Below, piece by piece: positions 53,823 to 63,960 of a stretch of DNA of 64,000 bases. The DNA comes from a virus, in the IMG/VR virus record IMGVR_UViG_3300023179_000054, positions 1-64,000 of that record; one strand, given 5' to 3'. How positions within the stretch are numbered: position 1 is the stretch's first letter; each line of letters opens with the position of its first letter. The position numbers were made by a program, and so were the translations under genes. The notes under the pieces were generated by a model. That model made no database searches. It was given only the letters and a program-made list of their open reading frames with translations, and had not been told where the DNA came from.

Positions 53823-55013
53823 TTAGAACGAAACTTCTGTTTCAGGAGTAGCAATAGGTGATGCCTCTGTCACAGGATCCACGGTCTCATCCACTTTACG
53901 GTACAACTCTAAAAAGGCATTCTTTGTATCAATATCAAAACGATTAAGGCACAACTCAATAGCCTTTACTTTATTTTGATTAAAGATAGCATATGCCTCG
54001 CAGATATGGACAAGACGGCGAGTTGAAATAATTTCACTCAAAGCACCTTCATAGAAGGATTTACGGATAACATCTGCCCAAGTAACCAACTTATCAACAA
54101 ACTCCGTGTTTTCAATACCAGATGCACCAAGGACATTATTAAGGATTTTAGACTCGATTTTAGCAGCAGGATATTCCTGTTCCATTGTAATAGAGAAACG
54201 CTCAAGGAACGCTTCATTCATAACGTTGGTGCCAATAAAGCGACCATCATCAGAACCTTTGCCTTTAGTATTAGCGGTGGCAACGATATTGAAACCTGCG
54301 GTTGGATGAACCACACGATTAGTCTTTTTTAGGTAAACTGCTTTACCTTCGAGGACTGGTTGAAGGCACATAAGTTTATTTGAACCGAGGTCAACTTCGT
54401 CCAAGAGTAGTAAGGCACCGCGTGACATAGCAGTAATAACAGGGCCATCCTGCCATACTGTTTCACCGTTGACAAGGCGGAAACCACCGATAAGATCATC
54501 TTCATCCGTCTCAATTGTAATATTAACACGAACCATTTCACGCTTTTCAGCGGCGCAGATTTGTTCAACCATCATAGTCTTACCATTACCAGAAAGTCCA
54601 GTAATATATGTTGGATAAAACTTTTTAGATTTAACAATAGAACGGACATCGGCAAAGTGTCCGAATGGAACATAACCAGTGGCCTTTTCAGGAACAAGTG
54701 AAAGTTCCGCATTTGTTGCAACAACTGAAGGCGCAACCATAGCAACGGCAGTTTCAGGAATTACAGGTGCAGGTGCAGCAACTTTTACCTTAGTTGTTTT
54801 AGTTGCAACTTTTGGAAGGTCGGCGCCATGCTCAGGAAGAGAATAGATACCACGGCCAAGTTTACGGGCAACATCATTTAGGATCCAGTTAGGTTTATCT
54901 AGACCATACTTGTCGCAGATTTGAAGAACCTGCGGACGGGTGATTGAGCGAATAGCACCGAACTCAAAACGAATTTTTTCGAGGAATTCGGTACGATCAA
55001 TCTTCTTAGCCAT
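53823..55013 (-). CDS. cobS: CobS/MoxR-like AAA+ ATPase
   Basis: GLSGNGKT, ETDEDDLIGG, LLDEVD, ATANTKG, NEAFLERF. Confidence 0.9.
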   Translation of the reverse strand: MAKKIDRTEFLEKIRFEFGAIRSITRPQVLQICDKYGLDKPNWILNDVARKLGRGIYSLPEHGADLPKVATKTTKVKVAAPAPVIPETAVAMVAPSVVATNAELSLVPEKATGYVPFGHFADVRSIVKSKKFYPTYITGLSGNGKTMMVEQICAAEKREMVRVNITIETDEDDLIGGFRLVNGETVWQDGPVITAMSRGALLLLDEVDLGSNKLMCLQPVLEGKAVYLKKTNRVVHPTAGFNIVATANTKGKGSDDGRFIGTNVMNEAFLERFSITMEQEYPAAKIESKILNNVLGASGIENTEFVDKLVTWADVIRKSFYEGALSEIISTRRLVHICEAYAIFNQNKVKAIELCLNRFDIDTKNAFLELYRKVDETVDPVTEASPIATPETEVSF

Positions 55014-55050
55014 TACATCTTTTCCTTTCAAGATTTCTCATTATATATGG

Positions 55051-55079
55051 ATTATAGCACAAGGAACCGTCGGTGTCAA
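55051..55079 (-). promoter_or_regulatory. Sigma70-type early promoter
   Basis: TTGACA-17-TATAAT with extended TG (CCTTGTGCTATAAT). Confidence 0.75.
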
Positions 55080-55387
55080 CCTCTAAATGGTTTGTAAACA
55101 GACTTGTTTTCCTTCTTCTTCTTTTTATTGTAAGCCTTTTTGATTTCCTCAGGGTATGTAAACAAGCACAGGTCGGCACTCGTACCTTCCCAAGGTTCCC
55201 ACCGTTTTACAAGTGATCGACTAACCTGCCTATCATATGCGTCAGTACCATACGTTAGATAAAATAAACCAAACTTATTCATAGGATACCATATACGGCG
55301 AAAGCGCCAATAGTTGGTTTCATAGTTATCATCCAACCATCTGGCATACCGGCCATGGTCTCGATCAGGAGATTTATATTGTTTCAT
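55076..55387 (-). CDS. Hypothetical protein
   Basis: TAATG-coupled ORF. Confidence 0.6.
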   Translation of the reverse strand: MKQYKSPDRDHGRYARWLDDNYETNYWRFRRIWYPMNKFGLFYLTYGTDAYDRQVSRSLVKRWEPWEGTSADLCLFTYPEEIKKAYNKKKKKENKSVYKPFRG

Positions 55388-57585
55388 TATCCAACCTTCT
55401 TTGCTTGGCCTGCTACACGATCAACAAACTGGCGGAGCAGGACACGATTTACAGTTTTCTTTTGTGCGAATTTAGAGAATGCCTTAGCCATTTGTCGAGC
55501 GGTATTCTTTTTAGTATTATCAATAGCCAATTCATTCTTGGTATCTTTTAGTGCCTTAGAGTCAATAACATAATATTCATCATACCCGGCACTCTTGACA
55601 GGATAGAACTTGTTATCGTTCCAGAACTTTTGGATTTGTTTCAACTTGTCCCAATTATCTCTAAGATTAAATTGGGTAGCAAACTTATTGAAAGAATTTC
55701 CAAAGAGGAAGAAACCAACAAGATTACAACCGGTGCGATCTTTTAGGATACGCAATAGAGTGTTGGTGTTATCAGCATAATTACCATAACCCCAAGGATA
55801 CCAATCATATGTTTTACGTGTTACTTTATCAACATAGAAATAACGACGGTTTTCACGGAACTGGCGTGGTGTTGTTTCATTCTTTATACCTTCACTTGGA
55901 TTGGAGTCACCATCTGTAAGGAAGATAGTGTTCACGATTTCAAGTTTATTCTTAGCACGGAAGTCATCAACCAGTTTTGGCGCAATCATAATCGCATGAT
56001 TAAGTGGCGTGCCACCCATACCATCAGTTGCCAACCAGTTGCGATTAGCGGCACACCAAAGCATAGTCATAGCAAAGTTCAATTCCTGAATATTCATTCG
56101 TGAAGAAAGGAAGTTGCGTAGAACGAGGTTTGAAGCACCAATTACATTTTCTTGACCGATATATGTAAATGGATTATCACAACCGTTATCTTTGAAGGCA
56201 TACACCTCGAAAGGCACTCCGATTTGTTTACAGAACAAGCAAAGCGAAAACAGTTGCTTCATGGTATCTTTCAAGTTCCATTGCATAGAACCAGACCAAT
56301 CAAGGAACATAATAAAACCGTGGTTCTTACCTTTTGGAATATTAGTAAGACGACGGAAGATATCATCATTATACTTGTAAGAGTGGAGTTTATTTGTATC
56401 AATAACACCAGTCTTGGAGATATTGATACGGGCATATGTTTCAGCAGCCTTCTTAGCCTCAAACTCTTTTACAAGGAAAGAGATTGTTTCTTTCTCTTTC
56501 ATTTTCCATTCGGTCATTTGTTTACGGCAAAACTCAAAAACATCTTTTGTAATATAACCACGGCCAACCTCATGGTTGTGCCAATCTTCAAGGACTTTCT
56601 TATAGTCGTGAACAGCCTTGTCCCAGTTTACCTGAGGCATATTTACATAGACGTAGGTTGAATTTTCGTCTTTAACAATATCTTGGGATTTTTTCTGCCA
56701 TGTTTCATCAGTTTCAGAAACAGGAGCATTTTCAGGCATAAAGTCACCGGCACCAGCACCAACATCTGCCTGGTTGGATTGAATATCACCTTCGCCGTTT
56801 AGTGCGTCGGATTTTTCTTCACCTTCACCGGAATCGGTTTCATTTTCATCTGACGGTTCTTCGCTTTCACCGTCATCATTATTAAAATTACCGTCGTAAT
56901 TATCATCAACGTCGGAATCATTTTCTTCTCCTTCTTCGGACTCGATTAGATCAAGTTCCATTGTTTGTTGGTTTTCTAGTTTTTCTTTACAGTAGATATA
57001 GATTTCTTCTGTAAGACCAACAACTTCCTCAAATGTCTCAAGACCTTCAGCCCGTTTTAGGAACACTCGTTCTTCGGGTGAAAACTCCATTTTATAGTTA
57101 ATACTACCACCTTTGAAATAAATATTTAGGCGGTCAATAAAGTTCATGGTATTGATATCACGCTTGGCCGTGCCAAAGAAATCACGTTCTACTAATTCAC
57201 GGTATCCGATAAGATAGTTTTTACGTGAACCAGGATAGCGGCGCTTTTGGCGCTTATCGATACGGGCATCCTCGACACAGTTGAGAAAACCTTTAATTGT
57301 TGAAGCAAGTTGTTCGGAAATCTTTTCGTTAGGGAAAACACGGGCAGCAATACCTTCATATGCTTTTTTATATGTGTCGGCATCAGGAGTATCCAGAGCA
57401 TGGCCCGTCTCATGGACAATAAGGAGGTCTTGGAGATCATTTGAGATGCCTTGCCAAATAGGCAACATCAATACACGGCCTTTAAGGTCAAACATGGCGG
57501 TCTTAATGCCTGGTGTTTGCTGAACCGTAATATTTTCCGTAGCAAGTAGTTTTGCTAGGAGAGACGTTTGATTTCCGTTAGACAT
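55387..57585 (-). CDS. CobT-like metallopeptidase/VWA protein (partner of CobS)
   Basis: HETGH, N.VEDARI, acidic linker, DWSGSM MIDAS, GGTPL, TDG. Confidence 0.85.
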   Translation of the reverse strand: MSNGNQTSLLAKLLATENITVQQTPGIKTAMFDLKGRVLMLPIWQGISNDLQDLLIVHETGHALDTPDADTYKKAYEGIAARVFPNEKISEQLASTIKGFLNCVEDARIDKRQKRRYPGSRKNYLIGYRELVERDFFGTAKRDINTMNFIDRLNIYFKGGSINYKMEFSPEERVFLKRAEGLETFEEVVGLTEEIYIYCKEKLENQQTMELDLIESEEGEENDSDVDDNYDGNFNNDDGESEEPSDENETDSGEGEEKSDALNGEGDIQSNQADVGAGAGDFMPENAPVSETDETWQKKSQDIVKDENSTYVYVNMPQVNWDKAVHDYKKVLEDWHNHEVGRGYITKDVFEFCRKQMTEWKMKEKETISFLVKEFEAKKAAETYARINISKTGVIDTNKLHSYKYNDDIFRRLTNIPKGKNHGFIMFLDWSGSMQWNLKDTMKQLFSLCLFCKQIGVPFEVYAFKDNGCDNPFTYIGQENVIGASNLVLRNFLSSRMNIQELNFAMTMLWCAANRNWLATDGMGGTPLNHAIMIAPKLVDDFRAKNKLEIVNTIFLTDGDSNPSEGIKNETTPRQFRENRRYFYVDKVTRKTYDWYPWGYGNYADNTNTLLRILKDRTGCNLVGFFLFGNSFNKFATQFNLRDNWDKLKQIQKFWNDNKFYPVKSAGYDEYYVIDSKALKDTKNELAIDNTKKNTARQMAKAFSKFAQKKTVNRVLLRQFVDRVAGQAKKVG

Positions 57586-57609
57586 CTGATTCCTTTCTCG
57601 ATTTTCAGT

Positions 57610-57661
57610 ATTATAGCAAATCAAGGTGCATTTGTCAAGTTATAAGGGAATCAATAAGTTA
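57610..57661 (-). promoter_or_regulatory. Early promoter with upstream IHF consensus site
   Basis: TTGACA-17-TATAAT (57610-57638); AATCAATAAGTTA (WATCAANNNNTTR) at 57649-57661 on +. Confidence 0.6.
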
Positions 57662-57783
57662 GCGTGATAGTCGATTGTAAACCCACGCGGAAGTGAAGAT
57701 TATTGCATAGATTGTAAACACGATAAGGAATGGTTCAAGTAGATCCCAACGGTGTTCAAGTTTATGGAAATCAAAGTAATGCA

Positions 57784-59043
57784 TTATCTTCCTACCTGTG
57801 TTAGATACTTGGCCTTTGTTTCTTCCCAATCCATATAGATTAGGTCATCATAGAAAAGAGTTTCCTTAGAAACACGGTCTTGTTCAATTAAAGACTTAAT
57901 CCGTTTTCCTGCATACTTATCTTTCCATAGATTTACCAGAGAATCATAACTGGAATCAAACGCCTTGGCAAGTTCTTTCTCGGAAATTTCCTTACGCAAG
58001 AATTCGTTGGTGTTGGTATACAAAGGACTAAAATAGATACCACGGGCATGTTCCGATCTAATCAATTCTTTAGGAACATTTAGTTGAGAATACATGAATG
58101 TATAAGAACGGTTCTTGTGGTCTCTCTTATAAGGCATACCATCAAGGTTCTTGGCGACATACCACTCAAAGTATTTTCTTGTATGGTTCTTTTTCAACCA
58201 ATCAAGCATAAGTTTTACAGTAGGTTTTCTTGCTTCATAAGAGACAGAGCCTGATGTGAAGCCCATTTTCTTCCAATGTTGTAGGCGATCATATTGCGAT
58301 AACTGGTTAGTTTTAGACTTACCGTATAATGATGTAGTAGTAACGCCAATGAGTGTATCACCATATTGTTTTTTCCAATCTTGTTGTACCTTATCACAGA
58401 GACAAAGTAATGCTAAAAGTTTACCGCCTGTATAGTTATAACCAAGTGGTTGTAATGGCACAATAGTAGAACCAATGGCCGTGTGATTGATCATACCTTG
58501 ATTAGTCTTTACCTCACGGGACCATCCAATATGGTTATCTCGTGGAGTCAAGTCTAGGAAGTCAGAAGAAATACAAATTACCCCTAGGTACTTTCCGGTA
58601 ACATCATCTTGCACAATATAAGATAGATTACGACCAATATTGGAGTTATTCTTCATAGTGGACGTAAAGTTGCGAATAGTATTCCAAGTGTCCTGCATAT
58701 CAAACTCAGGAGTATAAACAAGGACTGGTTTCAATTTCGCATAGTCCATTGGATCATTAGGAATCCAGATGTTATCTTTAATCTTATTGATAGCAAGTTC
58801 CTGTTCACCATCTTCAAGGCATGTACCAAAAAGTCCTTGGTGTGTAGGATACTTAATATGAATTTCTAACCACTTTTGATATAAAGTATATTCTTCAACC
58901 GACATCGCGGATACATTTGTGAGATCCTCAACGACGGCCTCTTTTAGTTGCTCATCGTTAAGGGCCTCAGGTGCGGTAAATGTTGATTGAAATTCATCCC
59001 ACTGGCGTTCAACATCCTTTAGTTCATCTTCACTTTTTGCCAA
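57784..59043 (-). CDS. DUF4338 / Druantia DruA-like protein
   Basis: GR.L.Y.V.D..GKYLG, RD..IGW, P..YNY.GGKLLA, TTSLYG..SQY. Confidence 0.7.
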   Translation of the reverse strand: MAKSEDELKDVERQWDEFQSTFTAPEALNDEQLKEAVVEDLTNVSAMSVEEYTLYQKWLEIHIKYPTHQGLFGTCLEDGEQELAINKIKDNIWIPNDPMDYAKLKPVLVYTPEFDMQDTWNTIRNFTSTMKNNSNIGRNLSYIVQDDVTGKYLGVICISSDFLDLTPRDNHIGWSREVKTNQGMINHTAIGSTIVPLQPLGYNYTGGKLLALLCLCDKVQQDWKKQYGDTLIGVTTTSLYGKSKTNQLSQYDRLQHWKKMGFTSGSVSYEARKPTVKLMLDWLKKNHTRKYFEWYVAKNLDGMPYKRDHKNRSYTFMYSQLNVPKELIRSEHARGIYFSPLYTNTNEFLRKEISEKELAKAFDSSYDSLVNLWKDKYAGKRIKSLIEQDRVSKETLFYDDLIYMDWEETKAKYLTQVGR

Positions 59044-59058
59044 TTAATATCTCCATAA

Positions 59059-59622
59059 TTATTTAACATGTATTAATTCATTCGGTATTATATCTATAAT
59101 CAAATGAACCCTACCTTCATTTCCCAAATTGTTAACGCTATGTAGTTTGGAATTATCGATTTGATAACATTCACCTTCTTTCATATTGATAGTTTCATTA
59201 CCTACAGAAAATGAACATTCATAATTAGTTTTTATAGGTATATGATTTCTATAACAACTTTCTAAATAAAATCCTGTATCACCGTGAGGTGGTATTAATC
59301 CTTTAGGTTTAAGATAGGCTAACATAGAACGTCCTACTTTTCCATTTTGTATAATTTCCAACTCTATGATGATATTATAAATATTTTCTTTTATGATAAG
59401 AGGTAAATCATCACTATGTTCGATTTCATACTTTTTTGAACTGTTCCATTCTAATGGAATTAATGTGTTGAAAATGGATAAAGTATGTTTATGTGTACCA
59501 AAATCATTTCTTAAAACACCATTATAATTCCATTTTGATTCCTCTATTAAATGTAAGTTTTTTTTTATTTCACTAACATCAAAAGTTTTATAATAAATAA
59601 AATTAAAATTTTTCATTTCCAT
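59059..59622 (-). CDS. Aspartyl/asparaginyl beta-hydroxylase-like 2OG oxygenase
   Basis: IPPHGD, R.HIPI.TN, IDN..LHSV.N...RVHLIID; start may be 59616. Confidence 0.85.
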   Translation of the reverse strand: MEMKNFNFIYYKTFDVSEIKKNLHLIEESKWNYNGVLRNDFGTHKHTLSIFNTLIPLEWNSSKKYEIEHSDDLPLIIKENIYNIIIELEIIQNGKVGRSMLAYLKPKGLIPPHGDTGFYLESCYRNHIPIKTNYECSFSVGNETINMKEGECYQIDNSKLHSVNNLGNEGRVHLIIDIIPNELIHVK

Positions 59623-59789
59623 CTATCTTTAATTTCTTTAACACGATTTCTTAAATATTCTTCAACTACAGGTGTTATATTATCATTATTTTTGCGAACT
59701 GTCAATCTATTAATTTCATGTTGAAATGCGATCATGGTATTATAATCTTGGGAATAACTGTAGTTTTTATGAGGATCAGTTTTTGCCAT
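59613..59789 (-). CDS. Small hypothetical protein (58 aa)
   Basis: Manual translation MAKTDPHKNY...; RBS GGAG. Confidence 0.6.
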   Translation of the reverse strand: MAKTDPHKNYSYSQDYNTMIAFQHEINRLTVRKNNDNITPVVEEYLRNRVKEIKDRWK

Positions 59790-59896
59790 ATTGTTTGCTC
59801 CATAGGTAATTATTCACATTTACCATAAGTTTCGCAAAACAATTCATAATATGACTATTCCAGAACCAGTGATTATATCTTTTCATTTTGGTGCTC

Positions 59897-60124
59897 CTAA
59901 GTTAGTTCTTTCACCACACCAGCAATATAAATTAATATTATAACAAACTGAATTGTTATAAGCGACCACTTTCTCCATAACAAAGCGACCAATAACCATG
60001 CGAAATTACCGGCCAAAGAAACATAGATGTTTAATGGATATATGTTCCATGATGTAAGTGCTACACCAATAATAAGCAGTATGGTAGCGAACCACTCAAT
60101 AACAAATTCAACTCTCTTATTCAT
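59897..60124 (-). CDS. Small multi-TM membrane protein
   Basis: Three hydrophobic segments; NIYPLN motif. Confidence 0.7.
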   Translation of the reverse strand: MNKRVEFVIEWFATILLIIGVALTSWNIYPLNIYVSLAGNFAWLLVALLWRKWSLITIQFVIILIYIAGVVKELT

Positions 60125-60208
60125 TTATCCATCCCATTTGAGATAATCCCCATAACGCATCTACATTAACACGGACAAAATCTCCATCGGGTGTTTGAAT
60201 TATCATAA

Positions 60209-60505
60209 TCACTTATTCATCTCCTTACGAAAGTCAAAGTCATCTGTTAGGAACTGATCCTCAATACCTTGACGAATTTCATCTAATCTATCGGCAAGTA
60301 TCTTTATTGACCTTTCCGATATAGCATCTACAAGGATAGAATTAACTTTTTGGCCTTGTTTAAGACCAAACTCTTCCATAATAGTAGGTGCCACCGCAAG
60401 GCGTTCATAGACACCGTTGCGAGACGCCAATACAAATGGAATCTTACCTTCGTCCATTAATCGTTCGGACTCGGCAATATATCGTAATGTTTCCTTATCA
60501 AGCAT
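60209..60505 (-). CDS. Hypothetical protein
   Basis: ORF downstream of gp46. Confidence 0.65.
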   Translation of the reverse strand: MLDKETLRYIAESERLMDEGKIPFVLASRNGVYERLAVAPTIMEEFGLKQGQKVNSILVDAISERSIKILADRLDEIRQGIEDQFLTDDFDFRKEMNK

Positions 60506-60522
60506 GGGTATATCTTACAAGG

Positions 60523-62244
60523 TTATTGGTCTTTTGTCAAGACAGAAAAGTTCTTTACCTTTTCAAATCTAATATTTCTTTGGAACCTATCAACCATGGC
60601 ATCCTTATGTGATATAACAAAGATGTTTGTTCCTTTATCGCCCATTTCCCACATAATCTTAATAAACTCATCCGTTCCTGTAGAATCCATAGCACGATCA
60701 AGGATTTCATCAAACACCAGAATGTTGACGTTGACCGAGTTCTTCATCTTGGCAATCTGTCTCCATGTAAGGAGGATGGCCAAATCAATTCTTAACTTTT
60801 CTCCTTCTGAGAAGTTGTGATATGAAAACTCGTCCCTATAGCGTGACTTAATGGATTCCTCGAATGATTCGTTGATGTTAAAGTTGACGAAAAACCCAAG
60901 CTTGGCAAGGTACTTGTTGATCTGTTTATTGATGATTGGTAGATATTGTTTGATAATCTTGGTCTTAATACCACCGTCTTTAAGCAAGGTTGTGGCCAGG
61001 TCAATATATTGTCTCTCATCTAAAAGGGCCTTCTTTTCTTCTTCGAGGGTGGAAATGTCATGTTGGACTTGGGTGAGTTGTCGTTCGCTATCTTGCGTAG
61101 TTTTGTCCGATGTAGCAAACGATTCAATCTGTTCAGCAATTTGTGAAAGATTATTAGAGATAGAGTTATAGGAAGTTTTAGAAGATGAAATAGATACTCT
61201 AAGGTCATTTATTTTCTTTAAAACCTCATCCACCTTTTCAATTTCACCTAAGCATTGGTCAATCTGTTCGGAAACCTTATTTAGTCCTTCGTTGATTTCA
61301 CCAATCTTGGAATTATTATCTTGTATTGCTTTTTCTTTATGGTCGGAAGCAATATCTTGTTTACATGTAGGACAACTATCATTATCGTGATAAAAGGCCA
61401 CCTCCTTCTGTAGCCTCTCTTGGTTGTTCTCCATCTTAGCACGGAAACCGACCAACTTACTATGCTTTGATTTGAGTGCTGAGGTATCTGCACCTTCTTC
61501 AATCAAGGCATCTCTTTTTGCTTCTAAGTCGGAAATAGTCGTTTGTTCGGAAACTAAACTATCTTTTAGTTCCTGTTCTTTCTCTCGTAAAAGTGAAAGT
61601 TTAGTTTCATTATTCGACTTTAAGGACTCTAAAGTCTGCTCAATATAAGTTTTATTTTCTTCTTTGCTGGTGAGTGTAATTCTATTCTTCTCAAGTCCTT
61701 CACGATTAATTTGTAATCGGTTCTTAACCACACCTGACATAGCAGAGAAAATTTGAATGTCTAATAAGTCCTCAATAACAGACCGACGGTCGCCAGGTGA
61801 TAGTTGCATAAAAGGAACAAACGATGCTGAACCAAGAATAACAACCTGTGTAAAGGACTTAAAGTTCATTTTTATAATATGCTTTTCAAGATATTCTTGG
61901 TAGTCTTTGACCGCTGCGTCTTGATTGACCATTTTACCTTCACAATATATTTCGAAGATATTTGGCTTTGCACCACGAATAACCTTGTATCGTCTATTCG
62001 AAATAGTGAACTCAATTTCCACCTCACAGTTCTTGCCGTTAATAGAGTTTACGACATTACCTTTGTTGACCTTACGAAAAGGTTTACCAAACAATACAAA
62101 CACAATAGCATCCAGAAAGGTTGACTTTCCAGCACCATTATGGCCCATGATAAGGGTATTCTTATGTTTGTCTAATTCTATTTCAGTCCAGGCATTACCG
62201 GACGAAAGAAAATTTTTATAGCGAATCGTATGGAATGTTATCAT
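60523..62244 (-). CDS. gp46: Recombination endonuclease ATPase subunit (gp46, Rad50/SbcC-like)
   Basis: GHNGAGKST, CPTC hook, FSEGEK, FDEILD, ISH. Confidence 0.96.
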   Translation of the reverse strand: MITFHTIRYKNFLSSGNAWTEIELDKHKNTLIMGHNGAGKSTFLDAIVFVLFGKPFRKVNKGNVVNSINGKNCEVEIEFTISNRRYKVIRGAKPNIFEIYCEGKMVNQDAAVKDYQEYLEKHIIKMNFKSFTQVVILGSASFVPFMQLSPGDRRSVIEDLLDIQIFSAMSGVVKNRLQINREGLEKNRITLTSKEENKTYIEQTLESLKSNNETKLSLLREKEQELKDSLVSEQTTISDLEAKRDALIEEGADTSALKSKHSKLVGFRAKMENNQERLQKEVAFYHDNDSCPTCKQDIASDHKEKAIQDNNSKIGEINEGLNKVSEQIDQCLGEIEKVDEVLKKINDLRVSISSSKTSYNSISNNLSQIAEQIESFATSDKTTQDSERQLTQVQHDISTLEEEKKALLDERQYIDLATTLLKDGGIKTKIIKQYLPIINKQINKYLAKLGFFVNFNINESFEESIKSRYRDEFSYHNFSEGEKLRIDLAILLTWRQIAKMKNSVNVNILVFDEILDRAMDSTGTDEFIKIMWEMGDKGTNIFVISHKDAMVDRFQRNIRFEKVKNFSVLTKDQ

Positions 62245-62887
62245 AATCTCTTATTCTTTGTAAAGGACTTGGTGTTGATGATTCTATGTTATGAACAAAA
62301 AAGACTTGTACCAATCTTGTTTCATTACCCATATAGTAATGACTTGGTGAATGAGGAATTTTACCGTCAAAACATATCAGTCGATTATATTGATTACTAA
62401 TTTTAGTAGTTTCTTCGAAAGAAGAATTATTCTTAGTTATATTATTATCAAAATTATCATCTATACCAGATGCATAAAATTTATGCATAGATTTACCATC
62501 AAAAGGTTCTTTATCTTTAATTTTTTTATATACTGTTGTTCCTAACTTATCATTAAAACCTGGCGTAAGATATACAACACCGGCCGCTAAACAACCATCT
62601 TCATGTATCCAACCCATATTTTTAGGAGATAATGGATTAGGATCAAGTGTTGAAACTTTCCAAAAAGAAGTTAACACATTCCATTTCATATCAGGAGAAT
62701 AATAAATTGAAAAGAGTTTAGAACAAAATCCAGTAAATAAATCTCTGTTCAATTCATATAAATGTTTTGTTCTTTTACCAGGATAATTACCTGGAGAATC
62801 CAAGTATTCTTGCTTTAAAGCGAACTCACGGATTTTATCCGGTTCTTTATAAAAATTATCAACAATAAGTGTAGGAAAGTTAATCAT
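62216..62887 (-). CDS. 2OG-Fe(II) oxygenase (DUF6445-like)
   Basis: VDNFY..PD.IR..AL, YPG.R, WIHED, AGVVYL, YNRL..FD...H. Confidence 0.75.
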   Translation of the reverse strand: MINFPTLIVDNFYKEPDKIREFALKQEYLDSPGNYPGKRTKHLYELNRDLFTGFCSKLFSIYYSPDMKWNVLTSFWKVSTLDPNPLSPKNMGWIHEDGCLAAGVVYLTPGFNDKLGTTVYKKIKDKEPFDGKSMHKFYASGIDDNFDNNITKNNSSFEETTKISNQYNRLICFDGKIPHSPSHYYMGNETRLVQVFFVHNIESSTPSPLQRIRDYDNIPYDSL

Positions 62888-63960
62888 ACTGTTTCTACCT
62901 GTAGTGCCTCTTGATAAACATCTAACATGAATGATTTCATTCTAGCAGATTCAATAGGTAATGTCAAGCTATCAATATACTTAGAAAGGATTGTGGATGT
63001 ATCTTCAGCCTCATCAACGGAATCGGAGTCTTCACCTTCTATTAGAACGGAAGCATCTTCAATTACGGTTATGTCTAATGGGCCTACCTTATATATGGAA
63101 TCAAATAAAAGGTCAAATGCGTAAGGATTGGATTTGTTTATAACAACCATTTTAACAAACGTATTTTTATACTTACTAAAATCCGTTTTTTGAATTTTTT
63201 CTACTATATTAGGATTAGCAACATCATCATACTTTGCTAGTCTAAACATCTTATAAGGGTTTTCTAAAAATTCAATTTGTCTGGTCTCCGTATCGAAAAC
63301 AGAAAATCCCCGAGGGTCGGAATAGTCATGCCAAGTATATTCAGCAAAGGCACCAATATAAGAAACATTACCAATAGTAGAGCGATGATGATAATGTCCT
63401 GAATAGACTTTATCAAACTTGTCGAAAACTTTACGATCCAATCCATGGTCTGATATCAATCCTTTATGCATAGTAAAACCGTTTAGTTCAAGGTGTCCCA
63501 TAAGAACTTCGGCTCGTGGGTGTTCTATAACATCCATAGCCACCTCTCTATTAGAGTTGGTGATCCATGGCATTATTTGAATATCGAGGCCATCAATATT
63601 GATAATATCAGGTAGGCCATAAGTAGAAATAAACCTATATCTTCCAGCGACAAGTTCATCTAACGCATTAACCTCATGTGTATCTTTATAATAAGAGTCA
63701 TGATTACCTTGAATGATATGTGTTTCTATACCACGATCTTCTAAAGGATCGAGGAGGTCTTCTCTACAACGTTTTGCGGATAAGAAGTTGATATATTTAC
63801 GTCGGTCGAATATGTCTCCCAAGTGTACCACATGCCTAATATTATTAGCATCAATGTAATTGAAAAACCAGTCATAACAACGTTTTTGATAATCGTGAAA
63901 CGCCGGGTTATCATTCCGGATCCCCGCATGGGTGTCCGTGATGAGTGCAATCTTTGCCAT
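62884..63960 (-). CDS. gp47: Recombination endonuclease subunit (gp47, Mre11/SbcD-like)
   Basis: TDTH, LGD.FDRR, GNHD, GHLEL.GF, SGHYH. Confidence 0.96.
   Translation of the reverse strand: MAKIALITDTHAGIRNDNPAFHDYQKRCYDWFFNYIDANNIRHVVHLGDIFDRRKYINFLSAKRCREDLLDPLEDRGIETHIIQGNHDSYYKDTHEVNALDELVAGRYRFISTYGLPDIINIDGLDIQIMPWITNSNREVAMDVIEHPRAEVLMGHLELNGFTMHKGLISDHGLDRKVFDKFDKVYSGHYHHRSTIGNVSYIGAFAEYTWHDYSDPRGFSVFDTETRQIEFLENPYKMFRLAKYDDVANPNIVEKIQKTDFSKYKNTFVKMVVINKSNPYAFDLLFDSIYKVGPLDITVIEDASVLIEGEDSDSVDEAEDTSTILSKYIDSLTLPIESARMKSFMLDVYQEALQVETV

Noticed and set aside
53823-55013. Cobalamin-biosynthesis AMG interpretation of cobS
   Set aside because: No other cob genes; the phage CobS/VWA pair is a generic MoxR-type system
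275-62545. Numerous plus-strand and nested ORFs in the ORF track (e.g. 275-679, 4855-5361, 39063-39521, 56152-56661)
   Set aside because: Antisense or out-of-frame shadows of well-supported minus-strand genes, without recognisable motifs; only 22457-24229 is convincingly plus-strand coding
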